A stretch of 64,000 nucleotides of DNA from a virus, in IMG/VR virus record IMGVR_UViG_3300021376_000028, positions 21,678-85,677 of that record; one strand, written 5' to 3'. Position 1 is the stretch's first letter. The number at the start of each line of letters is the position of its first letter. Made by a program: the position numbers and the translations under genes. Positions 15,636 through 24,830 of this stretch are shown here, in pieces. The notes under the pieces were generated by a model, which searched no databases, was not told the DNA's origin, and saw nothing but the letters and a program-made list of their open reading frames with translations.

Positions 15636-16546
15636 AAAATCTTTTCATCAAGGCGATTGGTCTTTAACTTCTTGTTGTAATCACGAATTGCAACGATTGC
15701 CATTCCAATAGAACGATCTTTCACCTTAAGCTGATTTGAAACAATAGAGCCACTGTTTGACCAATGACTAATGCTTCCAAACAACTTCAAAGCATTAATC
15801 AGTCTATTCCTATCCATATTGGGATAAATGCTAACCATATTGGAAACAGAAACAAGAGCAAAATCAGTAAACGATGAGGAATGATTGCCAAAAGCAAGTT
15901 TTAGAATTTCAATTGTCTTATCAACATTTGTAGAGCCGTTTTTCTTATACAAATTACTGACAGTGCCAACTGCTCTAATAAGGTTAGCACCTGCCTGATT
16001 TGAAGTAGAAAGATTGTGCTTTTTGAAAATCTTATCAATTTCAACTGCGCTTGAATCATGTGCAACAACTTTTGCCTTAAACAAATCTTGTGTCTTTGGC
16101 TTGGTCCGATTGTCATTGATCAAGTTAAAAAGATTTGCTTCCTCAGGGATAGTGAGTCCGAAATAAACTAGGCAATCAACAAATTGGTCGTCAAGCTTCA
16201 TCATTCTCATTGCAGCAATGCGATGGCCACCGTCAAGAATAACGATAGTGCCATCTTCTCTAGCTGAGCAAATGATAACACCAAGGGCACCCTTATCAAA
16301 ATTCTTGACAATCTTGTTAACTTTTGTTTCATTGGGATATCTCTGGTATGAAAGATCCAAAACAAGATCTTTCACCAAAATCTCTGAAGAGAGAGTGGAC
16401 TCATTTCCAATAGATTTGCTCCGGTTAATGACAGTATTGGTTTTTTGTCTGATAACCGGAACAATGAGGTTTGCATTCACTTCTTTCGGTGTTGTTGTGT
16501 TGTCAAAGGACAACTCTTGGTTTTTATTTGCCTTTTTGGTAGCCAT
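15629..16546 (-). CDS. ParB-like (DUF6551-type) protein
   Basis: DLSYQR...ILDGGHRIAA...EEANLF..IN. Confidence 0.8.
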   Translation of the reverse strand: MATKKANKNQELSFDNTTTPKEVNANLIVPVIRQKTNTVINRSKSIGNESTLSSEILVKDLVLDLSYQRYPNETKVNKIVKNFDKGALGVIICSAREDGTIVILDGGHRIAAMRMMKLDDQFVDCLVYFGLTIPEEANLFNLINDNRTKPKTQDLFKAKVVAHDSSAVEIDKIFKKHNLSTSNQAGANLIRAVGTVSNLYKKNGSTNVDKTIEILKLAFGNHSSSFTDFALVSVSNMVSIYPNMDRNRLINALKLFGSISHWSNSGSIVSNQLKVKDRSIGMAIVAIRDYNKKLKTNRLDEKILW

Positions 16547-16547
16547 A

Positions 16548-16892
16548 TTAGCCTCCGTGATTTTTGATTAGGATTTGTGCTTTGATTGATTTGATTTCTT
16601 TATTCACCAGCATTTTGCAGAGATCAATGCTGAACTCTTCTACTGGATAAAGATTTGTTAATGCGTAGCGTTCTTTAGTAGAGAATGAACCCCAAATACC
16701 GAATGCCTCATCGTTCTCAATTGCATAATGCAAACACTCTGCAGCAACTTGACACTTACTACAAAACATTTTTGCCATTGCTTCATTCTTTCGGTTCAGT
16801 TTGCTGTCGCCAGTTTCTGAATAGAAAAAAAGAATATTAGTGCTTTTACATTCTGCTCTATCTTGCCATTGGTCAGTCAATATTGTCTCCAA
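16548..16892 (-). CDS. whiB: WhiB-family transcription factor
   Basis: WQDRAEC...AKMFCSKCQVAAECLHYA...GIWG. Confidence 0.92.
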   Translation of the reverse strand: METILTDQWQDRAECKSTNILFFYSETGDSKLNRKNEAMAKMFCSKCQVAAECLHYAIENDEAFGIWGSFSTKERYALTNLYPVEEFSIDLCKMLVNKEIKSIKAQILIKNHGG

Positions 16893-17220
16893 TCATTGGT
16901 CTAATTATTACATTGTCAAAATAATTAAAATACGATTCTTTGTTATCACAGGTCATAAGCAAAGCAAAAACATGTGAAACAAGACCCATAATGATATTCA
17001 ATGCCTCCTCGTTTGAATCGTTAAACTCAAGACCAGTCATGTTGAAAATTTTCATCATCAGATGATGACCACCTTTTAGAGTGGAATCATAATCAATATT
17101 TTTCAACGCATTAGTGATCATCATAAGCGATGAGGGAAAATTACCCATATCCACTTTTTCGTCAAAGAACCTGTTTTGATAAAATAAACCGTCTTCCTCA
17201 AAATCTTCAAAATTAAACAT
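16873..17220 (-). CDS. Hypothetical protein
   Basis: Likely start MFNFE. Confidence 0.65.
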   Translation of the reverse strand: MFNFEDFEEDGLFYQNRFFDEKVDMGNFPSSLMMITNALKNIDYDSTLKGGHHLMMKIFNMTGLEFNDSNEEALNIIMGLVSHVFALLMTCDNKESYFNYFDNVIIRPMIGDNID

Positions 17221-17221
17221 T

Positions 17222-17656
17222 TTATAAAAGCAAATTTCTAATAGCATCCTTAAGAGGACCAGTTGCATTATCATGATCAAAAAGAAGATTGTCGGGGTCG
17301 TCAGAAAACTCAATAACACTCGCAATATCTTTATCATTCACATCAACAGTTATAATCAATCTGACCCTTCGTCTTTGAGGGTCAACAGATGGTCTATTTT
17401 TAACCTCACCATTTTCATCTAAAGGTGCTGCCCAACCAGTTGTGATAACTGCATAATAATCATAATTACTGATATTCATAATTCGATCTTGTTGGAGGTT
17501 ATCAATCATTGAATAAATGTCAGGATGTTGAGCCAATTTTTTAAATGTAAGTCCATCATCAAGATACGTAATGCCGTAAAATTCAGCTGCTTCCATTTTT
17601 TCTTTACTTGGCAAAACGCCATGGATTTCTGTAAGAATTTTTTCATTAATAGTCAT
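17222..17656 (-). CDS. Hypothetical protein (TTGWAAP...RRRVRL)
   Basis: 144-aa ORF. Confidence 0.75.
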   Translation of the reverse strand: MTINEKILTEIHGVLPSKEKMEAAEFYGITYLDDGLTFKKLAQHPDIYSMIDNLQQDRIMNISNYDYYAVITTGWAAPLDENGEVKNRPSVDPQRRRVRLIITVDVNDKDIASVIEFSDDPDNLLFDHDNATGPLKDAIRNLLL

Positions 17657-17668
17657 TGTTTTATTTCC

Positions 17669-18205
17669 TTAGTTGTTTCCAATGTACTCTTCATATAGAT
17701 GTTGTTCATCAAAATACTTGCTTATTAGATCTCCCGACTCTGATTGTTGCTTTTCTCCTTTTGCCCAAACATCTGAACCACAAAACCCCATACCTGGCTC
17801 TTCGTAATAAAGGCAAAACAATAAATTTGGATAGTCTTGGCTAATTTTATCAAATGCTTCAATAGGCGGTGCCCAAGGAGTATCAAAATTAAAAGCAATT
17901 ACTGATGTTCCATCACCATTGTTGGTATAATCTTGACCTACAGATAAATCAGATTCTGGCCACTTACAGCCCCATTTAGCAATTCTCCAGTCATACCAGC
18001 TTTTGTATCCATAATTTGTTAGATTGTCAAGTTGTTTTTCGTCTGGAATTATTGAGGCATCACCTATCATCAATTCTATAGGGGTCGGATAAAGGGATTC
18101 TAAAAGCATATAGTCATCTTCCCCAATCCTAATGACATCCAAAATATTTTGCATATCATCATCTGGTCCATAAATGGACAAGTGATTTTCACACCAATTC
18201 GGCAT
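17669..18205 (-). CDS. YubB/DUF1281 ferredoxin-like fold protein
   Basis: MPNWCEN...WYDWRIAKWGCKW...FDTPWAPP...YEEPGMGFCG. Confidence 0.85.
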   Translation of the reverse strand: MPNWCENHLSIYGPDDDMQNILDVIRIGEDDYMLLESLYPTPIELMIGDASIIPDEKQLDNLTNYGYKSWYDWRIAKWGCKWPESDLSVGQDYTNNGDGTSVIAFNFDTPWAPPIEAFDKISQDYPNLLFCLYYEEPGMGFCGSDVWAKGEKQQSESGDLISKYFDEQHLYEEYIGNN

Positions 18206-18764
18206 CGTCATCCTCACACTCTTCGTCATCCACATACTCTTCATGAAGTTTTAGGTCACCATTTGCAATTCTTCTCAGAACGCTAGCCACCATAATATTA
18301 GGCAAATCCCAAGTTTCTGGATGATCTCTGTCATAATCAAATTCATATTCATGTGCAACTTCATCCCAAATTGAACCCTCTTCGCAAAAGAAAAGTCTTT
18401 TTGATTCAAGCCAGGATAGATCAAGAATTTCTGATGCTTCAGTCTGAACCTGACCAAATTTCCTATCCTTGTCTTGCAGCCAAGCATTAAACACAGCCCA
18501 ACCAGCAATACATGCCGTAGTATCACACTTCAAGCTATTCTGGAAATCTTGATCAACAATATCCTCCATGTTTAGCCAAGAAGAATAAGTGGAGACATTT
18601 ACTTTATCACCTGGACCGAAACCTAAACCTTCCATTTCATATTGAGCATCATCGTCAAGATCGTCAAATTCAGTATTTCTACCAAACCAACTTCCCATAT
18701 GAAAACTCTTTGCATCTGATCTTTGAATCAGATCTGCAATTTCAAGCATTGCTTTTTTGTTCAT
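18189..18764 (-). CDS. Family B paralog
   Basis: FHMGSWFGR, CDTTACIAGWAV, VLRRIANG. Confidence 0.8.
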   Translation of the reverse strand: MNKKAMLEIADLIQRSDAKSFHMGSWFGRNTEFDDLDDDAQYEMEGLGFGPGDKVNVSTYSSWLNMEDIVDQDFQNSLKCDTTACIAGWAVFNAWLQDKDRKFGQVQTEASEILDLSWLESKRLFFCEEGSIWDEVAHEYEFDYDRDHPETWDLPNIMVASVLRRIANGDLKLHEEYVDDEECEDDDAELV

Positions 18765-18842
18765 TGTTTTTTCTTTCTTTGATAATTATTTTTATAAGTT
18801 AAATTATTTTTTAATTGTAAGTATGTTTATTTATTTTTGATC

Positions 18843-19253
18843 TTAATATCTCCAGATGTTATTTAAAAAATGGCCTTCTGCAGAAAATTTAAATCTGCCA
18901 AGAAAATATTCCCAAGAAAAAGGAAGTTCTGAATCATGCAGATTTTGAAGTTCAGATAAAAGACGGTGTGATGAATTACTCACTTCCCAGTCTGGATTGC
19001 TCAACAATATTGCATTAAAAATATCCGCATCATCACAACCTTTGCGCTCAAAAGATGAATCATAAAATTGATCAGATATGATAGCACCTATAGCACATTT
19101 TGTATTTTCTTTACCGCGATAGGCACAACTTAATGCTTTTTTCCCGTCAAGATAAAAGTATTCCTGCATTGATCTACACCTTTGTCTCAACAAATGATTT
19201 GCGACAACTTCAAAGATGTCTCTGTCTGTTTTAATTATCATTGCTTTCCTCAA
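18843..19253 (-). CDS. Family A paralog
   Basis: CAYRG..KCAIGAII..SNPDW..LQNLHD. Confidence 0.8.
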   Translation of the reverse strand: MRKAMIIKTDRDIFEVVANHLLRQRCRSMQEYFYLDGKKALSCAYRGKENTKCAIGAIISDQFYDSSFERKGCDDADIFNAILLSNPDWEVSNSSHRLLSELQNLHDSELPFSWEYFLGRFKFSAEGHFLNNIWRY

Positions 19254-19938
19254 ATAGTTTAAGTTGGTTTAGATTGTTATTGATTTTTTTAAATTTGATT
19301 GTTGCCCAATTTCTATCATTGCACCACTTATCCCACTCCTCTGTTTTTTCTTCATTAAACAGGTTTGCATGATAAACGGCTTCTAAGATTTCTCCATCTT
19401 TTGGCCACAAATCTGCGTCTGGTACAATTTCAACATTCATATAATTAACAAGTTCACTATAAACTTTGAACACCCACTCTGGGTCAGAAGTATCAATCAT
19501 TTCCAATAAATACGCTGGTAATTGATTAAAACTTTCTTGAATTGCTTCAAATTCTATATCATAATAATGCGACTCATCTGCAATTGGATACATTAATAGA
19601 TTATTATGCCAATCTATTACAGCCTTAAAAGCTTCGGTAATGTTTTCATTAACAAAACCATTTCGTTCACTATGTAGAATATGACAAACTAAACGATTAA
19701 CATGACCAACAGCCCAATGACGATAGCACTCTATTCTAAAATCATCAGGAAAACGATCCATTAAATCTTTGCTGATGACTTCAAAATTAGAAAGGTCAAC
19801 TAAACTAGAATTTCCGTAACGATCAATTCCGGTAAAACCCCAAGTGACAAACATATCGTCAGAACCCCAATAAGAAAAATAGTCAGGCTTTTGTAAAGCA
19901 TGACGAGCGTAATCTGGGATTTTCTCTATTTCAATCAT
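19231..19938 (-). CDS. Hypothetical protein (HWAVGHV motif)
   Basis: Likely start MIEIEK. Confidence 0.75.
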   Translation of the reverse strand: MIEIEKIPDYARHALQKPDYFSYWGSDDMFVTWGFTGIDRYGNSSLVDLSNFEVISKDLMDRFPDDFRIECYRHWAVGHVNRLVCHILHSERNGFVNENITEAFKAVIDWHNNLLMYPIADESHYYDIEFEAIQESFNQLPAYLLEMIDTSDPEWVFKVYSELVNYMNVEIVPDADLWPKDGEILEAVYHANLFNEEKTEEWDKWCNDRNWATIKFKKINNNLNQLKLFEESNDN

Positions 19939-20167
19939 TATCTTTTTCCCAATCCAAGAAGTATTGCGGATCTCCAAGCCAAAACGCACCGGTTCCGTTT
20001 GCGTTGTCCAACCACTCATCCAAAGCAGCATGCAAAAACTCTCTGTAATTGCTGCTCATCTCCTTATTCGGATCTGATTTCGGATTGCAATTGTGACAGA
20101 TATCGGAATGCACCAAGTCTTCGTTATCCAATCCCTTATTGTAGAGGATTTCTCCACAGAATCTCAT
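19931..20167 (-). CDS. Hypothetical protein
   Basis: Coupled ORF. Confidence 0.6.
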   Translation of the reverse strand: MRFCGEILYNKGLDNEDLVHSDICHNCNPKSDPNKEMSSNYREFLHAALDEWLDNANGTGAFWLGDPQYFLDWEKDND

Positions 20168-20496
20168 TGATTTTCCTTTCCTATTTCTTTTAGAGCTTCA
20201 TCATCCCATTTTTCAGGGAGTCGCCATTCAATGTCTAAAGCTTTTCTTGTTGATTCTTGATCTGCAGCATCATAAACAGCAATCACTTCTCCATAGGTTC
20301 CAAAATCATGGGTTTCCCATTTAATTTTAAAACTAACATTGAATTGATCAACATCAGCAAATGTCCGATACAGTTGAGCAATATAAGCATTCATTTCTTT
20401 TATTGCTAATGATCTATAACCATCTTGTCCAACTTGAGCACAAGTTTCATCACAAGGCGTTGGACCAAGATACATATAATCTATTTCCATTGTCAC
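20164..20496 (-). CDS. Hypothetical protein (CAQVG, HDFGTY)
   Basis: Recurrent phage motif. Confidence 0.75.
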   Translation of the reverse strand: MTMEIDYMYLGPTPCDETCAQVGQDGYRSLAIKEMNAYIAQLYRTFADVDQFNVSFKIKWETHDFGTYGEVIAVYDAADQESTRKALDIEWRLPEKWDDEALKEIGKENQ

Positions 20497-20728
20497 TTTC
20501 CCATTTTGCAGTTAGAAAATTTACATTTACCCATTTGTCTTCCGGCATAGTTCTAAAACAATCATCACAAAATGAAATGTCATCTTCTAAAACAGCACAG
20601 CACATTTCACAAAGAAATGTCATTAGTTAACCCTTTCATCTCTTTCTTTTACAACACTTTGCTCATAGCAAATTGTACAGATTCTTTCTTCCGGTTCTTC
20701 ATCATAAACCGCTTCACAATTTATACAC

Positions 20729-21052
20729 TTATACGCCACGATCAAGCATATCCGTCCAGAAAAGAAGAAAATTAATTTCATTCAGATTTGCGTTCATTTC
20801 ATCAACTCTTTCGTGACTAATAAGTCCTTTATTCATAAGAGATTTCAAGTATTTTTGGATATCTCTAACTGAACGCCTTGCTTTGACACAAAGCATTTCA
20901 GTTTCATCCCGAAATCTTTCTCCGTTCTCATCTACGACAGAATTCATTAACCATTCAAATTCTGATTTGAATTCATCAAAACAAAAATCACAGATGAACT
21001 TTTCTTTGTGATCTCTTTCACAAGTGCATTCTTCAGTTGCGTACATTGTCAT
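20729..21052 (-). CDS. Hypothetical protein with N-terminal Cys pairs
   Basis: CTC...CDFC. Confidence 0.7.
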   Translation of the reverse strand: MTMYATEECTCERDHKEKFICDFCFDEFKSEFEWLMNSVVDENGERFRDETEMLCVKARRSVRDIQKYLKSLMNKGLISHERVDEMNANLNEINFLLFWTDMLDRGV

Positions 21053-21058
21053 TCCTTT

Positions 21059-21277
21059 CTAAAGTTTTCCTAAATATTCCAATTCCCAAATGGCAAAATC
21101 TTGGTTATGCTCTATATCTAAAGCCCAATCATAAACCACTATATTTTCTCTTTTTGGATAATCCAAGAGAAAATGAACTTGTTTTATGCACAATTCTTTA
21201 ATTGTGTCATTGATCAAATTATTAAGATTCATCTGATCTTCTGGCGCGATCATTGAAGACTGCCCAGCCCAATTCAT
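21059..21277 (-). CDS. Hypothetical protein
   Basis: ORF in operon. Confidence 0.55.
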   Translation of the reverse strand: MNWAGQSSMIAPEDQMNLNNLINDTIKELCIKQVHFLLDYPKRENIVVYDWALDIEHNQDFAIWELEYLGKL

Positions 21278-21425
21278 AAGTCAGCTTCTTGCTGAGTTGA
21301 ACAATTTGATCAATTTCATCTTTTTTAAGCAACTCGGAACTTCCATTTTCACGGATTTGATCAATCAATCTTTCAAGTGTTAATGAAAGAACGGCTGCTT
21401 CTTGTAAGGTTGGTTTTTTACTCAT
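21222..21425 (-). CDS. Hypothetical protein
   Basis: Likely start MSKKP. Confidence 0.55.
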   Translation of the reverse strand: MSKKPTLQEAAVLSLTLERLIDQIRENGSSELLKKDEIDQIVQLSKKLTYELGWAVFNDRARRSDES

Positions 21426-21702
21426 TGTTGTTGTTTTCCTTTTTGCAAGGGTCTTTTCTAATATCATTTATATCACCATGCCCAGCCAATAAATCAGACC
21501 GAACATTAAGTAATTGCAATTGATCTCGTCTAGTCCAAAAGTAATTACACTTATGAAGTAAAGCTGGAATGTAGATTTTTCTGAACTCTGCTGTCTTTTC
21601 AGCAAGTCCTTTGTTAGCACAATCTCCAACCATACAATAATCGTAACCAGCTTCTAAACGCTCATCTGAAAATTCAGAGTTACAATATTTGCAAATTGCC
21701 AT
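21418..21702 (-). CDS. DksA-like C4 zinc-finger protein
   Basis: CKYC..ERLEAGYDYCMVGDC. Confidence 0.65.
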   Translation of the reverse strand: MAICKYCNSEFSDERLEAGYDYCMVGDCANKGLAEKTAEFRKIYIPALLHKCNYFWTRRDQLQLLNVRSDLLAGHGDINDIRKDPCKKENNNNE

Positions 21703-21713
21703 TGTTTTTCCTT

Positions 21714-21908
21714 TCAGAAACAAGTATCGCAAGTGCAATGATTTCTACCACCCGGATAAGACCTACAAAAAGAAAAAGCTTCGTGCGACGGAAATACTAT
21801 GTTTCCTTTTGCCCTTTCTCGGTCGCAATAAATACATTCTCCAACCGGAGCAATTTGTCCACGCTTTTCCATTTCGTAGTAAATTTCTTCTATTGTCTTC
21901 GCTGTCAT
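21714..21908 (-). CDS. Small Cys/His-rich protein
   Basis: CIYC..H..C..HCTCDTCF. Confidence 0.7.
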   Translation of the reverse strand: MTAKTIEEIYYEMEKRGQIAPVGECIYCDRERAKGNIVFPSHEAFSFCRSYPGGRNHCTCDTCF

Positions 21909-21924
21909 TGTTATTTCCTTATAA

Positions 21925-22164
21925 TTAGTAATCTATTTTAACTTTAATTTTTGTTTTGTCGTCTAACTTTGTTACTTTTGCATCATTAATGCAATTATAA
22001 AAAAGAGATTTTTTAATTGCTTTTAAAATTTCTTTGATATCAGTATCGACATCAATGATAATTTCTTCACCATATTTTATTGTAGATATGATACGGTGAA
22101 TCTTTTTTTCTAATTCCGTATTAAAACGGAGGTTTGCTTTTTTTGAATTAATCATAATATCCAT
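21925..22164 (-). CDS. Hypothetical protein
   Basis: ORF with RBS. Confidence 0.55.
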   Translation of the reverse strand: MDIMINSKKANLRFNTELEKKIHRIISTIKYGEEIIIDVDTDIKEILKAIKKSLFYNCINDAKVTKLDDKTKIKVKIDY

Positions 22165-22190
22165 ATAGTTACCTTACTTTTTTAGTTAAC

Positions 22191-22219
22191 AAAAAAGGTC
22201 AAGGCATTGCCTTGACCTT
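22191..22219 (-). terminator. Intrinsic terminator
   Basis: aaggtcaaggc-aat-gccttgacc-tttttt. Confidence 0.85.
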
Positions 22220-22248
22220 ATTCATTGTTTTGTTTTGTCTTGCTCTAA

Positions 22249-22653
22249 TCAGATTAGAGTAAAAGTATATTTGGCTGCTGTTTCGTCAAAATCTACGACC
22301 ATAAAATGCTCAGTATCAGGAGTCATAAATTCTTTGATTCCATCTGTTGCGAATAAGATAGTCATATAATGGAACTCATACTCACGGAGATTATCACGGT
22401 CTGCCTTTGACAATTTTGAAACTCTATCGTCAGATAGAAAATCATACATATGGCCAAGGTTCAGAGAAAATCTAATGTCTGGTCTAACTTGACCCTTAAT
22501 GATTTCACTACCTGGATCATTACCCCAATAGGTTTTTTCAACAGATGGCGCATCATAAAGAGATGGAGTCATCTTTCTTTTTGTATTACGCCGCGAAACT
22601 AATCTTGTCTTAGCTTTATTGTATTCCGCAGCACTTAGTTTTCTAATTTCCAT
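22249..22653 (-). CDS. Hypothetical protein with a basic N-terminus
   Basis: 134-aa ORF. Confidence 0.75.
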   Translation of the reverse strand: MEIRKLSAAEYNKAKTRLVSRRNTKRKMTPSLYDAPSVEKTYWGNDPGSEIIKGQVRPDIRFSLNLGHMYDFLSDDRVSKLSKADRDNLREYEFHYMTILFATDGIKEFMTPDTEHFMVVDFDETAAKYTFTLI

Positions 22654-23087
22654 TACTGAATCCTTTCCGGGAAACTATCATTGCTAGTTACAGTTGTTGT
22701 AATATTAATTGATTCGTTATTGATTCTGGCAATCGTATCAATACGGCCAGTCATTTGTGCTGACTTACTGTGAGCTTTTGGTCTAGCACGAACCTGAGTA
22801 TTTGAGAAATTGTTTTCGGGATCCAAAATCTCAATGTTTGGATCATTGTTGCTATTACGCTGATCTTGAGCTTTAGTCATACGATTTACCGCAGCTACAA
22901 GATTAAGAAGAAGACCAGCATTAAACTGAAAGCCTTTGGTTGTGTAACAGATAAAGTTAGAATCAACTTGCTCAATACGGCAAACCACGCCATAATCGTT
23001 ATCTTCATCCTCAATCTCCAAGCCCATCAATTTATCATCAATAAGCTCTGCCTTTGACTTGTTGTCAGGTATGAACATACTAATCAC
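22653..23087 (-). CDS. Hypothetical protein
   Basis: 144-aa ORF coupled to the next gene. Confidence 0.7.
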   Translation of the reverse strand: MISMFIPDNKSKAELIDDKLMGLEIEDEDNDYGVVCRIEQVDSNFICYTTKGFQFNAGLLLNLVAAVNRMTKAQDQRNSNNDPNIEILDPENNFSNTQVRARPKAHSKSAQMTGRIDTIARINNESINITTTVTSNDSFPERIQ

Positions 23088-23258
23088 CTATCGCTTTCAT
23101 TAAACTTATCATTAGACTTATTCGCTGACTCATGGGGTCACCCATTGGGACAGCCTATCAGACAGAAAATTCATACACTACACATAGAACACATTTTTTT
23201 TTGGCTGACGGAATCGGCCGCTAAACAGCGAATTCTTTATGAAAGCCTAAAAAGAAGA

Positions 23259-23313
23259 GATCGCACAAAGCTGCCGCAAAGCCTGCCGCGAAGCTTGCAC
23301 AAAGACTGCGATC
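23259..23313. repeat. Four imperfect 10-12 bp direct repeats closed by a 7-bp inverted repeat
   Basis: gcacaaagct/gccgcaaagcct/gccgcgaagctt/gcacaaagact inside gatcgca..tgcgatc. Confidence 0.7.
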
Positions 23314-23435
23314 AAGCCGGGAATAAATCATCAATTAAATAATTAACGCCCCGTGATTTTATTTAAAATTATCCTAAAATTGAGTATGCGTTTCTTGGGG
23401 TATCGCAGCGTTTTGCTTTTTTCCCGATTTCCAAA

Positions 23436-24254
23436 CTAATCTGGCTTAACGATATTGCGCTCTAGCCAGTTAGCCATTACGCCTTCATATCTCATACGAC
23501 CCCAATGAGTCATTTCAATAGATGGATCTGTCCAAACTTTACCGCCAATTTCTTGCCAGTATCTACAGAATCCATAATCCTCTGATAAGAATCTGTGCTT
23601 GACATCATCAACATAAGAATTAAAGAAAGCGTATGTCCATTCACCTTCTTCTTTTGTAAGACCGCCTGTATCATCAACATATTTCAAATGGGGGTATGCT
23701 TCTATAAGTTTGAAAATAGTTTCTCTTTTTATGAGCATAAAACCAGTACCGGCATCATAAACAGAAATAGCACCCTTATCAACCTCAACACGGTTATTGA
23801 CAGGATCTGCAATAGCATTAACAACATATCTCAAACCGTGCTCTAATAACTTATCTGGCTCCACGCCATTTTTTGCAGCCAAAGCAACAGCTTCCCAGTT
23901 TACATTTTTAATTGGATAAGACCCGGTAACAACATCTTTATCATGCCATAAAAGTTTTATAATGTCATCAGGAATAAAAGCAAGGTCACAGTCAATAAAC
24001 ATGATATGAGTGAACTCTTCATTGGCCATAAACTTGGCAACCATCTGGTTTCTTGATCTAGAAATTAAAGAGTCAGAAAGCGTGCAAACTGAAAATTTTA
24101 AGCCGACTTCTTTAAAAGCCATGGCTGTTCTAATTAAAGACATAACAGTAGGCTCAGATATTAATTGGTCATAACATGGTAAAGCTAACATTGGATACCA
24201 CTCAGCAATTTGCTCAGCGTTAATCTCAATGGTTTCTTCTTGGAAAATTGTCAT
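23436..24254 (-). CDS. GT-A fold glycosyltransferase-like protein, leaderless
   Basis: SLISRSRN, HIMFIDCD, AGTGFMLIKR, LSEDYGFC. Confidence 0.85.
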   Translation of the reverse strand: MTIFQEETIEINAEQIAEWYPMLALPCYDQLISEPTVMSLIRTAMAFKEVGLKFSVCTLSDSLISRSRNQMVAKFMANEEFTHIMFIDCDLAFIPDDIIKLLWHDKDVVTGSYPIKNVNWEAVALAAKNGVEPDKLLEHGLRYVVNAIADPVNNRVEVDKGAISVYDAGTGFMLIKRETIFKLIEAYPHLKYVDDTGGLTKEEGEWTYAFFNSYVDDVKHRFLSEDYGFCRYWQEIGGKVWTDPSIEMTHWGRMRYEGVMANWLERNIVKPD

Positions 24255-24268
24255 ATAGAAAATTATAC

Positions 24269-24310
24269 AAAAAAAAATGGGCCTGGGAGTTACCCAAGCC
24301 CATTTTTTTT
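24269..24310. terminator. Bidirectional-type terminator
   Basis: A-run atgggcctggg..cccaagcccat T-run. Confidence 0.85.
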
Positions 24311-24329
24311 AATTTTGTTTACAAATTAA

Positions 24330-24686
24330 TTAGGCATTATTCCTGGAAGAAGTCTTGACAGACTTAACATCCTTAGCCGTAACACTGCTCTTTGCATTCT
24401 CTGAGTTATTTTCAGCAACAGTTGGGCAGCGGTAGAACAGTTTGTTTTCGTTCCGATCAAAGTGAATCGTAACTTTCATGTCAAGTTTCTTGGCTTGAGC
24501 ACGAATTCTCTGCTGTAAAGAATTAAACTTCTTACCAGGCTCAACATTTGCGATCATCTTAACCGCTCCCGTCTTGCTGGAATCAATCAAAGAATCAATG
24601 ATTGACTGAAGTTCTGCCGATGTTCTACCCGACCGAGTGATCTGGGGAAAACTATCAACATTCTGGATACTGATGTTCATTGTCAT
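24330..24686 (-). CDS. Small basic putative DNA-binding protein
   Basis: AAGGA RBS; RSGR motif, basic tail; own TATAAT and terminator. Confidence 0.7.
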   Translation of the reverse strand: MTMNISIQNVDSFPQITRSGRTSAELQSIIDSLIDSSKTGAVKMIANVEPGKKFNSLQQRIRAQAKKLDMKVTIHFDRNENKLFYRCPTVAENNSENAKSSVTAKDVKSVKTSSRNNA

Positions 24687-24830
24687 TTCCTTATTTTTGC
24701 GAGAGCACCTTGCTCTCTGTTGAACGTCATCGTAGCAGTCACCCAACTGAATTGTCGGTTGTTTCTCAATGAATTATAAAATTCTTTGTTTGCCCAAAAG
24801 ACTGGTGCCGGTTGGTTTCGGAAAAGACCG

